NCBI RefSeq assembly: GCF_014280195.1 | Contig: NZ_CP047960.1 | Span: forward strand, 1,440,001-1,472,000 | Direction: 5' to 3' | DNA length: 32,000 bases | DNA from: Synechococcus sp. A15-24 | GTDB taxonomy: Bacteria; Cyanobacteriota; Cyanobacteriia; PCC-6307; Cyanobiaceae | Shown: positions 18,816 through 26,543 of the stretch, piece by piece | How the letters are laid out: each line of letters begins with the position of its first letter | Position numbering within the stretch: the first letter of the stretch is position 1 | The notes under the pieces: generated by a model | Told to the model about the DNA's origin: nothing | The model's input: the letters and a program-made list of their open reading frames with translations, nothing else | Databases searched by the model: none | Program-made: the position numbers and the translations under genes

Positions 18816-19510
18816 ACCAACACGGGAGGGCACTCCCTGGCTGCGAAATCGCAGGAATACACCGCCGGCTTCTGCCAGCTCAGGGGAATTTCCAACAGAT
18901 CACGGCTGCCGCTGATGGCCTGGCCCAGAAACAGCACCGCAGCCAGAACCGAGGCAGTGATGTGCAGGCGACGAAGCCGTTGGTCCTTCAGAATTTCTGG
19001 CTTGGCACCGAGGGAAAACAGCATCAGTCCGGTGACGCCAACGCCGGACCAGTAGTGGGACTGCCAGAAGGCCGCTGATAAGGGGTTATCCGACAATCGC
19101 CAGACTTCTGGTTGGGCGCCCAGGCTCAGCACACCGATCCAGGTGATCAGGCTGAAGGCAAGACGCAGGGATGCGGCCTTGCAGCGGAGCAAGGCCACCA
19201 GGCTGGCCACGGTGCCCACCAACACCATCAGCAGTTGCGCAGCCCGCCAGGCCCCACCGGCGAACTCAGCTGGGGTGGTTTTGGTGCCGATCACCACAGT
19301 GAGGGGCACGAGCACGATCAGCACCACAGCCGCTGCAAGCCAACGGCCGAGATCGCTGTGATCGCGGCCCACCGTGACCGGATGCTTCACACCGGCCAAC
19401 CGCCGCTGCCGCGTTTGCCAGGCCAGTCGCACCACCACCCCAAGCAGGGGATACACCAGCACCACCGCAAGGGCCGGATGCAGGATCCAGAGCCAGTCGC
19501 TGGTGGTCAT
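18800..19510 (-). CDS. multi-TM membrane protein (DUF4079-like, assignment from memory)
   Basis: WLWILHPALAVVLVYPLLGVVVRLAWQTRQRR followed by several more TM helices. The ATG at 19510 forms an ATGA overlap with the upstream gene's stop, so it is preferred over the GTG at 19522. Confidence 0.6.
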   Translation of the reverse strand: MTTSDWLWILHPALAVVLVYPLLGVVVRLAWQTRQRRLAGVKHPVTVGRDHSDLGRWLAAAVVLIVLVPLTVVIGTKTTPAEFAGGAWRAAQLLMVLVGTVASLVALLRCKAASLRLAFSLITWIGVLSLGAQPEVWRLSDNPLSAAFWQSHYWSGVGVTGLMLFSLGAKPEILKDQRLRRLHITASVLAAVLFLGQAISGSRDLLEIPLSWQKPAVYSCDFAARECPPVLVQEAS

Positions 19511-19983
19511 GGGGTTCTCCACAGGTCTCGGCCAGAGACCGTTCCGAAAGACACTGGGCGTTGCTTGATGCGCCAGGCCAAGCGCAAGTTGATGGCAATC
19601 GCCGCAGCCAGTGCCAGATGAAAGAAATTGCCGTTGGGAATTCCCATCCCCTGGAAAGCGATCCAGGTATTCACAATCAGCAGCATGCCGTTAATCAGGG
19701 ACCAGATCACGGCAAGCGCAAACTTGGCACGTTGACGATCCTTCAGCATCAATCTGACGGCCAGGCCACAGGTCAGCAGACCGGGTATCAACCCAATGGA
19801 GCTGTATCCATGGAGGATGCGCATCGAGGCATCTGAATGCGCATGGCTGAACAGGGCCGCCAAGAGATTGAGCGAAATCAAGGCCCCTGGATAGGGCCCC
19901 AGGGCATGGCGCAGAGGAGCCGCTCCATTCATCCAGAGTGCACTTCTTAGAAGCGGATGATGCGGCTGAGGCTGCTGAGACAT
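19507..19983 (-). CDS. hypothetical multi-TM membrane protein
   Basis: From the ATG at 19983 (MSQQPQPHHPLL...) there are four or five hydrophobic segments. The extension to 20082 is not protein-like. Confidence 0.5.
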   Translation of the reverse strand: MSQQPQPHHPLLRSALWMNGAAPLRHALGPYPGALISLNLLAALFSHAHSDASMRILHGYSSIGLIPGLLTCGLAVRLMLKDRQRAKFALAVIWSLINGMLLIVNTWIAFQGMGIPNGNFFHLALAAAIAINLRLAWRIKQRPVSFGTVSGRDLWRTP

Positions 19984-20323
19984 CTCCAGACCGTGAAAAG
20001 TGCACAACTCCCCTAGTTTCAGCAGATCCAGCGGTGTCTGCCAGATGGCGTTTCGGGAGTTGTGTCCAGCCCTGCTCAACAAGACCTACTTCAACTAGGA
20101 CGCACTACCATTCTGACAAGCCTAGATCTACTGCAGCACAACGGCTTTTAGAGAATAGCGTTGAGAGCATTAGTCACACCTTTAGTCACAGAATTTGGAC
20201 TCCATAGTCCTGAGGACCAGTCGCGCCAGCTGTTTTCAGGCGTTGTTTGAGCAGATGCTGCTGAAAGCTTGAGCAGACCCAGCTACCAGACATATATTGG
20301 TACGTATGTACTGATGTCAGGCT

Positions 20324-20572
20324 ATGGGGTCAGAGGGCTTCATTCAAGATCCGGCGACCAAAGAAACCAAGCGGTTCCATCGAGACGAGAGGAGCTGGAT
20401 CAGAGACCCCAAGGTCTTTGTCGATACAGGCGTCCCCATTCCAGGCGAGCCACCACTCCTGAAGACCCGTGTATGGCTGCGCAGGGACGTTGCAGAAGCT
20501 CTTTGGAGAGACTTGCTGCGAGTGGGATGGAAGCCTGTAGAGGCTGTCTGGGGACCCTCTGCTGAGCCTTAG
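20324..20572 (+). CDS. small hypothetical protein (reminiscent of picocyanobacterial DUF1651-type proteins; unverified)
   Basis: An 82-aa ORF of intermediate GC at the core/island junction. Its last ~48 nt begin the first copy of the direct repeat. Confidence 0.55.
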   Translation: MGSEGFIQDPATKETKRFHRDERSWIRDPKVFVDTGVPIPGEPPLLKTRVWLRRDVAEALWRDLLRVGWKPVEAVWGPSAEP

Positions 20573-20650
20573 AGCGACGGGGGTATGGGGTCAATCAGCT
20601 ACTTCGTAATCCGTAATGACCTCTCAGAAATTGTTGTTGTTTTTCGATAG
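20525..20650. repeat. direct repeat copy 1 (3' end of the 82-aa gene plus ~75 nt downstream)
   Basis: tggatggaagcctgtagaggctgtctggggaccctctgctgagccttagagcgacgggggtatggggtcaatcagct...cgtaatgacctctcagaaatt aligns with 25284-25405 at roughly 85% identity with small indels. Confidence 0.85.
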
Positions 20651-20687
20651 GTAGGAATTGATGAGAGATTTGCACATACACACCGAC

Positions 20688-20734
20688 TCGTAGTAGTGCT
20701 GAAGACAAGCAGTCGTAGTGCTGAAGACAAGCAG
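20688..20734. repeat. tandem duplication upstream of the protease gene
   Basis: gtagtgctgaagacaagcag occurs perfectly twice (20693-20712 and 20715-20734), with a 22-nt period, about 65 nt upstream of the ATG at 20800. Confidence 0.9.
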
Positions 20735-20799
20735 TTTTATCAAATGTTGCAATTACAAAAGTAATATGCTAAGGATAAAAAGATGATTTTTCAGTTGAA

Positions 20800-23679
20800 A
20801 TGTCCGAGTATTACTTCGAGTGGGGACAACATTCGGCAAACGAGAATTACTATCTGGAAGCATCTGTAGCGCCTGGAGGCGTCTACGACGTTTACTTCAA
20901 TGTTGGTGGAGCACAGACTATATACACATATTTTGATTTGTATGATTTTACCGACGATCTAGACCTAGACCTTTTCAAGTATAATGAATTGACGGAAGCG
21001 TATGACAGTATTAAAAAATCGCAAGAAGCAGGGAGCACAGAAGAAGAACTATTTCAAGGGCTTGTTCCTGGGGATTACATTCTAGAAATTTCACACTACG
21101 AAGACTTAGACGGATACAATTCAGACTCAGGTTTCAGCGTGGGATTCGATAGTGTTACCTACTACGAGAATGCTGCATCGGCTGACGAAACTTCTGGAAA
21201 TATTTACGAATGGGGACAACATTCAGTCAATGAAAATAGTTTCTTAGAAGCATCCGTAGCGCCTGGAGGTTTCTACGACATTTACTTCAATGTTGGCGGA
21301 GCACAGACTATATACACATATTTTGATTTGTATGATTTTACCGACGACCTAGATATTACTCTTTTCAAATACAATGGCGTACTTAACGAGTACGAAAACA
21401 TTGCTACGGCACAAGAAGAAGGCAGCTCCGATGAAACACTATTTAAAGGACTAGTCCCTGGAGATTACATTCTAGAGATTTCACATTACGAGGATTTAGA
21501 TGGCTACAATTCAGATTCAAGTTTCAGCGTGGGGTTTGATAGTGTTAGCTATTATGAAAGCGCTGTATTACCCGATGACACTCTATTTCCAAGTCAGTGG
21601 CACTTAATCAATACAGGACAAGCTGGTGGAATTGACGATCAAGACATTATGGCTCCTGAAGCATGGAGCTACAGAACAAATGCGTCAGAAATCGTTGTAG
21701 CTGTCATAGATACAGGCATACAAACTGACCACCCAGATCTTGAAGAAAATATCTGGATTAATTCGGACGAGATCTTCGGAAATGGAATAGACGATGATGG
21801 AAATGGCTATGTAGATGACTTGGTCGGCTGGAATTTCGTCACAAATTCACCCTACGTAATTCCTGATGACCACGGAACACATGTAGCCGGAACAATTGGT
21901 GCAAAAGGCAATAATAGCAGGGGTGTAGCAGGAGTTGCCTGGGACGTACAGCTGATGTCCTTAGATGTTTTTAGTGGATACGATAATTATTACACTTCGG
22001 ATCTGATTGAAGCTATTTACTATGCGGTCAATAATGGCGCACATGTAATTAACATGTCATTGGGGGGTACATATCAATACTCAACAATTGACCAATGGCG
22101 TATTGTAGATCCCAATGGATACGCAAGCTACTATGAAGCATTAAAGTATGCTGTTGATAATGATTGCACAGTCGTAATCGCAGCTGGAAATGATGATCTC
22201 GACAACAGCATACATCTAACACTCCCAGCAGCTTTTAGCAGTGTTTTAGACGGTGTCATTTCAACAGCTGCTGTTACAAATACAGGCGAAAAGTCATGGT
22301 ATACAAACTATGGATCTTCTGTCACGATTGCAGCACCAGGTGGAAATTTGGATGGAGTTGCAGGTAGCGGAATTTTAAGCACAGTCACAAATTCAGCGTA
22401 CGTTGATTTAAGTGGCACGAGCATGGCAAGCCCAGTTGTTGCCGGAGCTGCTGCATTAATTAAAGCAGAGAATAACAATTTCACTCCTGCTGATATTGAA
22501 GAAATTCTCACAGAGAGTGCAGTCAAATATCGTGAACTTAACACTTTAGTAGAAGATGGTAACTATCTAGATCTGAACTCAGCCCTTACGTTAGCTAGAA
22601 CTTTTGTTGCTTCTGGAACGACTCCGGCGCCAACTCCTGCTCCTGCACCTGAGCCAACTCCTGCTCCTGCACCTGAGCCAACTCCTGCTCCTGCACCTGA
22701 GCCAACTCCTGCTCCTGCACCTGAGCCAACACCGACACCTGAGACAACTCCAGCGGAAGAAATCAATATGGTGCGTGGTACACAAGGCAACGACAAACTT
22801 AAAGCGGAATCCATAAATGCAAGTATTTATGGAATGGATGGGAACGATAAAATCACAGGTAGCAACGGAGACGACATACTCAACGGTGGACTTGGAAATG
22901 ACAAGATTAAAGGCAAGGGAGGAAAAGATCTCTTTATTTGTCTTTACGGTAGAGACATAGTTAAAGATTATGACTCAGACGAAGGAGATTCAATTCAAGT
23001 CAATGGAGAATTCATTATTTCCAAAAAGAAAAAGCATTCAATAATTGAGCACGAAGGTGGATCAGTCCTGGTGAAAAAGACTAATCCTGAAGACGTTGAA
23101 GTTGAAGGTGGAGAGACTCGTGAATCCGTAGAGCCCAATACTTCTGAAAACACTTCTGATTATTTAGAGCTAGCCAGGGAGTCTTCTATTCCAAGAAAAA
23201 AGGGAAACATTAGAGGTACCTGGGAAGACGACATAATTGAGGTGCAAAGATATTATGAGCAAGCTTATATATTTGACATAATCAGAATTGGCATGGGTTC
23301 AGACTTGTTGGTCTTCGACATTCCTCCTTCTTATCGTGTCAATAGAAATGGTGTAGAAAAATTAGACTCTTCATCATACTGGCTTAGTGAGTTTGACCCT
23401 TTGACTGGTGACAAACTTTTATTCGATTCCGCTTTCTTTAATAAATATGATAACGCTCTTGCAACAGCGAGGTCTATAGAAGGGGTTTACGAAATTGCAC
23501 AGAGCAGCACTTCATTCATTCTCTACGATGATATTCTATATTACAATGAAAATGGCTCTGCCAACGGATTGAGTATTGATAGTGCCGATGAGATTGATTG
23601 GTGGGATGCCAAATTTATTCTTTTTGACAGGAAGAATGCTAATCTCGAATCACTATCTCAAGCAATTGAGTTCATCTGA
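20800..23679 (+). CDS. S8 subtilisin-family serine peptidase with two N-terminal PPC-like domains, a PAPAPEPT linker, RTX repeats and an unknown C-terminal domain
   Basis: Catalytic motifs are VAVIDTGI (Asp), DDHGTHVAGTIG (His) and LSGTSMASPVVAGAAALI (Ser). The two 130-aa N-terminal repeats carry a D.DL.LF...G.Y.LEI pattern. The RTX block is GSNGDDILNGGLGNDKIKGKGGKDLFI. There is no N-terminal signal peptide (MSEYYFEWGQHS). Confidence 0.9.
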   Translation: MSEYYFEWGQHSANENYYLEASVAPGGVYDVYFNVGGAQTIYTYFDLYDFTDDLDLDLFKYNELTEAYDSIKKSQEAGSTEEELFQGLVPGDYILEISHYEDLDGYNSDSGFSVGFDSVTYYENAASADETSGNIYEWGQHSVNENSFLEASVAPGGFYDIYFNVGGAQTIYTYFDLYDFTDDLDITLFKYNGVLNEYENIATAQEEGSSDETLFKGLVPGDYILEISHYEDLDGYNSDSSFSVGFDSVSYYESAVLPDDTLFPSQWHLINTGQAGGIDDQDIMAPEAWSYRTNASEIVVAVIDTGIQTDHPDLEENIWINSDEIFGNGIDDDGNGYVDDLVGWNFVTNSPYVIPDDHGTHVAGTIGAKGNNSRGVAGVAWDVQLMSLDVFSGYDNYYTSDLIEAIYYAVNNGAHVINMSLGGTYQYSTIDQWRIVDPNGYASYYEALKYAVDNDCTVVIAAGNDDLDNSIHLTLPAAFSSVLDGVISTAAVTNTGEKSWYTNYGSSVTIAAPGGNLDGVAGSGILSTVTNSAYVDLSGTSMASPVVAGAAALIKAENNNFTPADIEEILTESAVKYRELNTLVEDGNYLDLNSALTLARTFVASGTTPAPTPAPAPEPTPAPAPEPTPAPAPEPTPAPAPEPTPTPETTPAEEINMVRGTQGNDKLKAESINASIYGMDGNDKITGSNGDDILNGGLGNDKIKGKGGKDLFICLYGRDIVKDYDSDEGDSIQVNGEFIISKKKKHSIIEHEGGSVLVKKTNPEDVEVEGGETRESVEPNTSENTSDYLELARESSIPRKKGNIRGTWEDDIIEVQRYYEQAYIFDIIRIGMGSDLLVFDIPPSYRVNRNGVEKLDSSSYWLSEFDPLTGDKLLFDSAFFNKYDNALATARSIEGVYEIAQSSTSFILYDDILYYNENGSANGLSIDSADEIDWWDAKFILFDRKNANLESLSQAIEFI
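20812..21561 (+). repeat. intragenic tandem duplication (2 x 390 nt, 130-aa period) encoding the two PPC-like domains
   Basis: Residues 5-124 and 135-254 align without gaps. One ~50-nt stretch is identical (ggagcacagactatatacacatattttgatttgtatgattttaccgacga). Confidence 0.9.
22633..22728 (+). repeat. four perfect 24-nt tandem repeats encoding (TPAPAPEP)x4
   Basis: actcctgctcctgcacctgagcca x4 at 22633, 22657, 22681 and 22705. Confidence 0.95.
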
Positions 23680-23696
23680 GATTAGGAAATCTCTGA

Positions 23697-25163
23697 TCAA
23701 CATCTCGTTATTGGCATTATTTTGTTCTTCCTTCTGTTCTTTGCCTTAGCGACTGCCAGTTAATAGATATATTATACGTCTTCAGGCAGACAACTCCAGA
23801 AGATATTGATTTTAGATGGAATTTTCTTTCAGGCCTTTTCGAGACAAATAGATACAGCAGACCAAATATTGCGATTAATTCAGATAATTACTCGGAGCAA
23901 GAATTAGACGATCTTTTTAAAGACAGTTATGCGCAGCCATCACCCACACCCTCACCTACACCCACACCCTCACCTACACCCACACCCTCACCCTCACCTA
24001 CTCCTACTCCTACTCCTACTCCTACTCCTACTCCTGATACTAATACTGATGACTATTCCTATGAAGACGATAGTGACTACGACGACGACTATTACTATGA
24101 AGATGATAGCAACTACGATGACGATGGGTCCAATGTAATTGTCAACGACAACTTAATAATTGGCATCGACAACACAGGAAATAGCTCAGACTCAACACCT
24201 ACTCCAACACCAACACCTACTTCTGATACTAATACTGATGACTATTCCTATGAAGACGATAGTGACTACGACGACGACTATTACTATGAAGATAATATTG
24301 ACTACGGCGACGACTATTACTATGAAGATGATAGCAACTACGATGACGATGGGTCCAATGTAATAGTCATCGACAACTCAGGAAATAGCTCAGACTCAAC
24401 ACCTACTCCGACACCAACACCTACTCCGACAACATCAGATCGTACTTATGTAGAGAAGGATGGTGATACACATCTTTTGATAGATGATAATGGGCTTTAT
24501 TATGCGCAAAATGCAAATGGTTCCGGCACGTTTGATGTACTAACACCTGACGGAACTCATTCTAGAAAAAGCAAAAAATGGCAGTTGCTTGCATTAGAAA
24601 ATATTAATGGCACAAATACTGGGCTATGGCAATTTAAAAATAAATTTTACTCTACCTGCGAATACAATGATAATTGGAAAGAAATTAAAAATTCAGATAT
24701 CAGCGTAACGGTTAGTGAAGCTGAGAGTTTTGGCCAAGACTTTTCGATACCTCAAAATGATCAACAAGATAATTCGAATGGCATGAATATCATTGAAGGA
24801 AGCAACAAGAAAGACAAGCTAAAAGGAAGCAATGGTGCAGATAAAATATTCGGCTACAAAGGCGCTGATAAGATTGATGGCAAGGAATGCGATCACATCA
24901 TTGATTCTGGTTTATGGAAAAAAGGTAAATACGATGTTGTAAAAGGTGGTAGTGGCTCAGACACGTTTATTCTCAAGGATGGCTATCGGGCTTACATTAA
25001 AGATTTTAAAATCTTTGAAGACAAGCTAGACCTAAGTGGAATTAGTGGAGACTTCTCCTGGGAATACTGGAAAAAACGAACCTATATTTGTGATTCCAAT
25101 GACATTGAAGTGGCTCGAATAAAGGGGAGTGTCGATATTGATTCGGCAGATTTGATTTTGTGA
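23697..25163 (+). CDS. Asp/Tyr-rich acidic repeat protein with PT linkers and C-terminal RTX repeats; no canonical start codon in its first 260 codons (possible 5'-truncated pseudogene or non-canonical initiation)
   Basis: The frame is open from the TGA at 23694-23696 to the TGA at 25161-25163. Translation reads ...SYAQPSPTPSPTPTP...DTNTDDYSYEDDSDYDDDYYYEDDSNYDDDGSNVIV... (twice), then ...DGDTHLLIDDNGLYYAQ...GSNGADKIFGYKGADKIDG. The first ATG/GTG/TTG in frame is the TTG at 24477. Confidence 0.6.
   Translation, partial: STSRYWHYFVLPSVLCLSDCQLIDILYVFRQTTPEDIDFRWNFLSGLFETNRYSRPNIAINSDNYSEQELDDLFKDSYAQPSPTPSPTPTPSPTPTPSPSPTPTPTPTPTPTPDTNTDDYSYEDDSDYDDDYYYEDDSNYDDDGSNVIVNDNLIIGIDNTGNSSDSTPTPTPTPTSDTNTDDYSYEDDSDYDDDYYYEDNIDYGDDYYYEDDSNYDDDGSNVIVIDNSGNSSDSTPTPTPTPTPTTSDRTYVEKDGDTHLLIDDNGLYYAQNANGSGTFDVLTPDGTHSRKSKKWQLLALENINGTNTGLWQFKNKFYSTCEYNDNWKEIKNSDISVTVSEAESFGQDFSIPQNDQQDNSNGMNIIEGSNKKDKLKGSNGADKIFGYKGADKIDGKECDHIIDSGLWKKGKYDVVKGGSGSDTFILKDGYRAYIKDFKIFEDKLDLSGISGDFSWEYWKKRTYICDSNDIEVARIKGSVDIDSADLIL
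24035..24368 (+). repeat. two near-identical acidic repeat units (109 nt and 145 nt) separated by a PT-rich spacer
   Basis: tgatactaatactgatgactattcctatgaagacgatagtgactacgacgacgactattactatgaagat... occurs at 24035-24143 and 24224-24368. The second copy has a 36-nt internal duplication. Confidence 0.9.
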
Positions 25164-25283
25164 CCAAGTCATTGAACTAGTAACTAGTTGAGCACTAGTC
25201 CGTGACATCCCGAAGAGAGACGCCATACGAGTCTTTATTGATTGCTAGATCCTTCCGTGATGGAATCCCTTTGTTTTGTATTT

Positions 25284-25405
25284 TGGATACCTTGTAGAGG
25301 CTGTCTGGGTCCCTCTGCTGAGCCTTAGAACGACGGGGTATGGGGGTCAATCAGCTCCTTCGTATATACGTAAAGACCTCTAAGAAATTTTTATTATTCT
25401 TTGAG
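25284..25405. repeat. direct repeat copy 2, containing a frameshifted remnant of the 3' end of a paralogue of the 82-aa gene
   Basis: ttggataccttgtagaggctgtctgggtccctctgctgagccttagaacgacggggtatgggggtcaatcagct...cgtaaagacctctaagaaatt. There is a 1-nt deletion relative to copy 1 inside the former coding part, and no upstream ORF body. Confidence 0.85.
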
Positions 25406-25467
25406 ATCCCTTGTATGGCTCAAATAAAGAAAAATTGCAGAAGAGTTTTTTAATGCTTTAACGGCAT

Positions 25468-26292
25468 TCAAGGATCTTCTCTAGAAATCTCCGATCCCAG
25501 AAACTCAGTGAAACCTGCCGAGATAATGCCGATTGGGATTGCAATCACAGCGATCCCGCATATGGCAGTCAATGCTGCCACAAGTTTCCCCAGTGCTGTT
25601 ATGGGATAGGTGTCCCCATATCCAACTGTCGTCACTGTAACTACAGACCACCACAGGCATCTTGGTATTGATCCAAACTGTTCTTCTTGTACACGCCCTT
25701 CCACTAAAAACATTAATACACTACTAATAAAAATAACAACTCCCGAATAAATTGCGGAAATTTGAAGTTCTTCTTTTTTGGCAGTCAGTGCTTGGTTGAA
25801 ATACTTGATGCTTTTCCGAAAACGCTTTGAACGACCTACTCTTCCGATCCGCGTCAGTCTAATAATCCTGAGCAAATACAGTTCAGGGGAGATGAGACCA
25901 AAGATGGTTGGTGCGATTGCAATTAGATCCAGGATTGCCAAAGGCGTAATGGCGTAGTCCAAAGCACCTTGAATGCCTCTTCTTGCTCCGTCCCTAAGTG
26001 GAGCGACCCAGAGTCGCGCTACATATTCGATCAGGAAGATTATTGATAACGCGACATCAGCTTTTACGAGTAAATCTCCCAGTGATGATCGAATAACAGG
26101 TTCCGTAGCGATGATCGCCACTCCAATGGACAAGACGATCATCAGACCTATTGCCTTGACGGCATTAGTCGCCCTTCCTTGCTCGTCCGCAGAGTTCAAC
26201 GAGTGGAAGAGTTTTTCTCGGAGAGTGTGCACGACAACTGGACTTTGCCAGTCCTTATCTTGCTGTAACTCATCGTTCGGCGCCACTAGCAT
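25468..26292 (-). CDS. voltage-gated-type (6TM) potassium channel
   Basis: The selectivity filter is TTVGYGD. The S4-like helix LLRIIRLTRIGRVGRSKRFRKS has Arg at every third position. The start is set at the ATG at 26292 (MLVAPNDEL...). The longer ORF to 26427 adds a non-protein-like 45 aa through a G10 tract. Confidence 0.85.
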   Translation of the reverse strand: MLVAPNDELQQDKDWQSPVVVHTLREKLFHSLNSADEQGRATNAVKAIGLMIVLSIGVAIIATEPVIRSSLGDLLVKADVALSIIFLIEYVARLWVAPLRDGARRGIQGALDYAITPLAILDLIAIAPTIFGLISPELYLLRIIRLTRIGRVGRSKRFRKSIKYFNQALTAKKEELQISAIYSGVVIFISSVLMFLVEGRVQEEQFGSIPRCLWWSVVTVTTVGYGDTYPITALGKLVAALTAICGIAVIAIPIGIISAGFTEFLGSEISREDP

Positions 26293-26306
26293 CACTTTCG
26301 CCAGAT

Positions 26307-26316
26307 CCCCCCCCCC
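26307..26316. repeat. homopolymeric tract C10 (G10 on the channel-coding strand)
   Basis: ccagatCCCCCCCCCCttga, lying 15-24 nt upstream of the preferred channel start and inside the alternative N-terminal extension (GQGGGD). Confidence 0.95.
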
Positions 26317-26517
26317 TTGACCCAAACACCTGAAGCAGATGCAGAACAGGTGTGCTGGACGCAAGTTCGATCTAAACGGAAGAGAAATGGGACCTTGTGG
26401 ATGGTCTGAAGTAAGCCAGGACCTCATGCGTCTGTATGACCTGACAGCTCTTCTCCTATGTCAGCGACCAACACTGCTACACGTTGCTGACCTGGGCAAG
26501 TGAGGTGCAGTCAAATA

Positions 26518-26537
26518 CGTAATGACCACTCAGAAAT
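26518..26537 (+). repeat. third copy of the 20-nt island motif CGTAAWGACCWCTMAGAAAT
   Basis: cgtaatgaccactcagaaat, compared with 20612-20631 cgtaatgacctctcagaaat and 25369-25388 cgtaaagacctctaagaaat. Confidence 0.8.
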
Positions 26538-26543
26538 ATTTTC

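Noticed and set aside
20612-20631. The 20-nt island motif as an NtcA site (GTA-N8-TAC).
   Set aside because: All three copies read GTA-N8-TCA or TAA, and also fail GT-N10-AC. The downstream half-site is missing.
20812-21561. The two diverged 390-nt repeats in the protease gene as a template/variable repeat pair of a diversity-generating retroelement.
   Set aside because: The differences between the copies are of all types and many sit at third codon positions, not at adenines specifically. No reverse transcriptase is nearby.
22563-22816. Short ORFs on both strands over the PAPAPEPT region, and the possibility that the regular 24-nt repeats form a CRISPR-like array.
   Set aside because: The repeats are contiguous with no spacers, and they are in frame inside the protease ORF, where they encode a Pro-rich linker. 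They are not an array.
23660-23700. Programmed frameshift or read-through joining the protease ORF to the acidic protein ORF.
   Set aside because: The protease frame has TGA at 23677 and TAG at 23683. The downstream frame has TGA at 23667 and 23694. No single shift or single read-through event can join them.
23929-24363. Tracked ORFs 23929-24138 and 24160-24363, encoding HPHPHLHPHP..., poly-Leu and TTTTITMK-type peptides.
   Set aside because: They are the +1 frame of the PT-linker and DY-repeat DNA. The frame-0 reading is continuous for 488 codons and is modular and protein-like, so these are off-frame artefacts of repetitive sequence.
25180-25205. Clustered ACTAGT palindromes (gaACTAGTaACTAGTtgagcACTAGTcc) right after the acidic protein's stop.
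   Set aside because: They cannot form a useful terminator hairpin because the loop would be 1 nt and there is no T-run. Three 6-mers in AT-rich DNA are weak evidence for a binding site.
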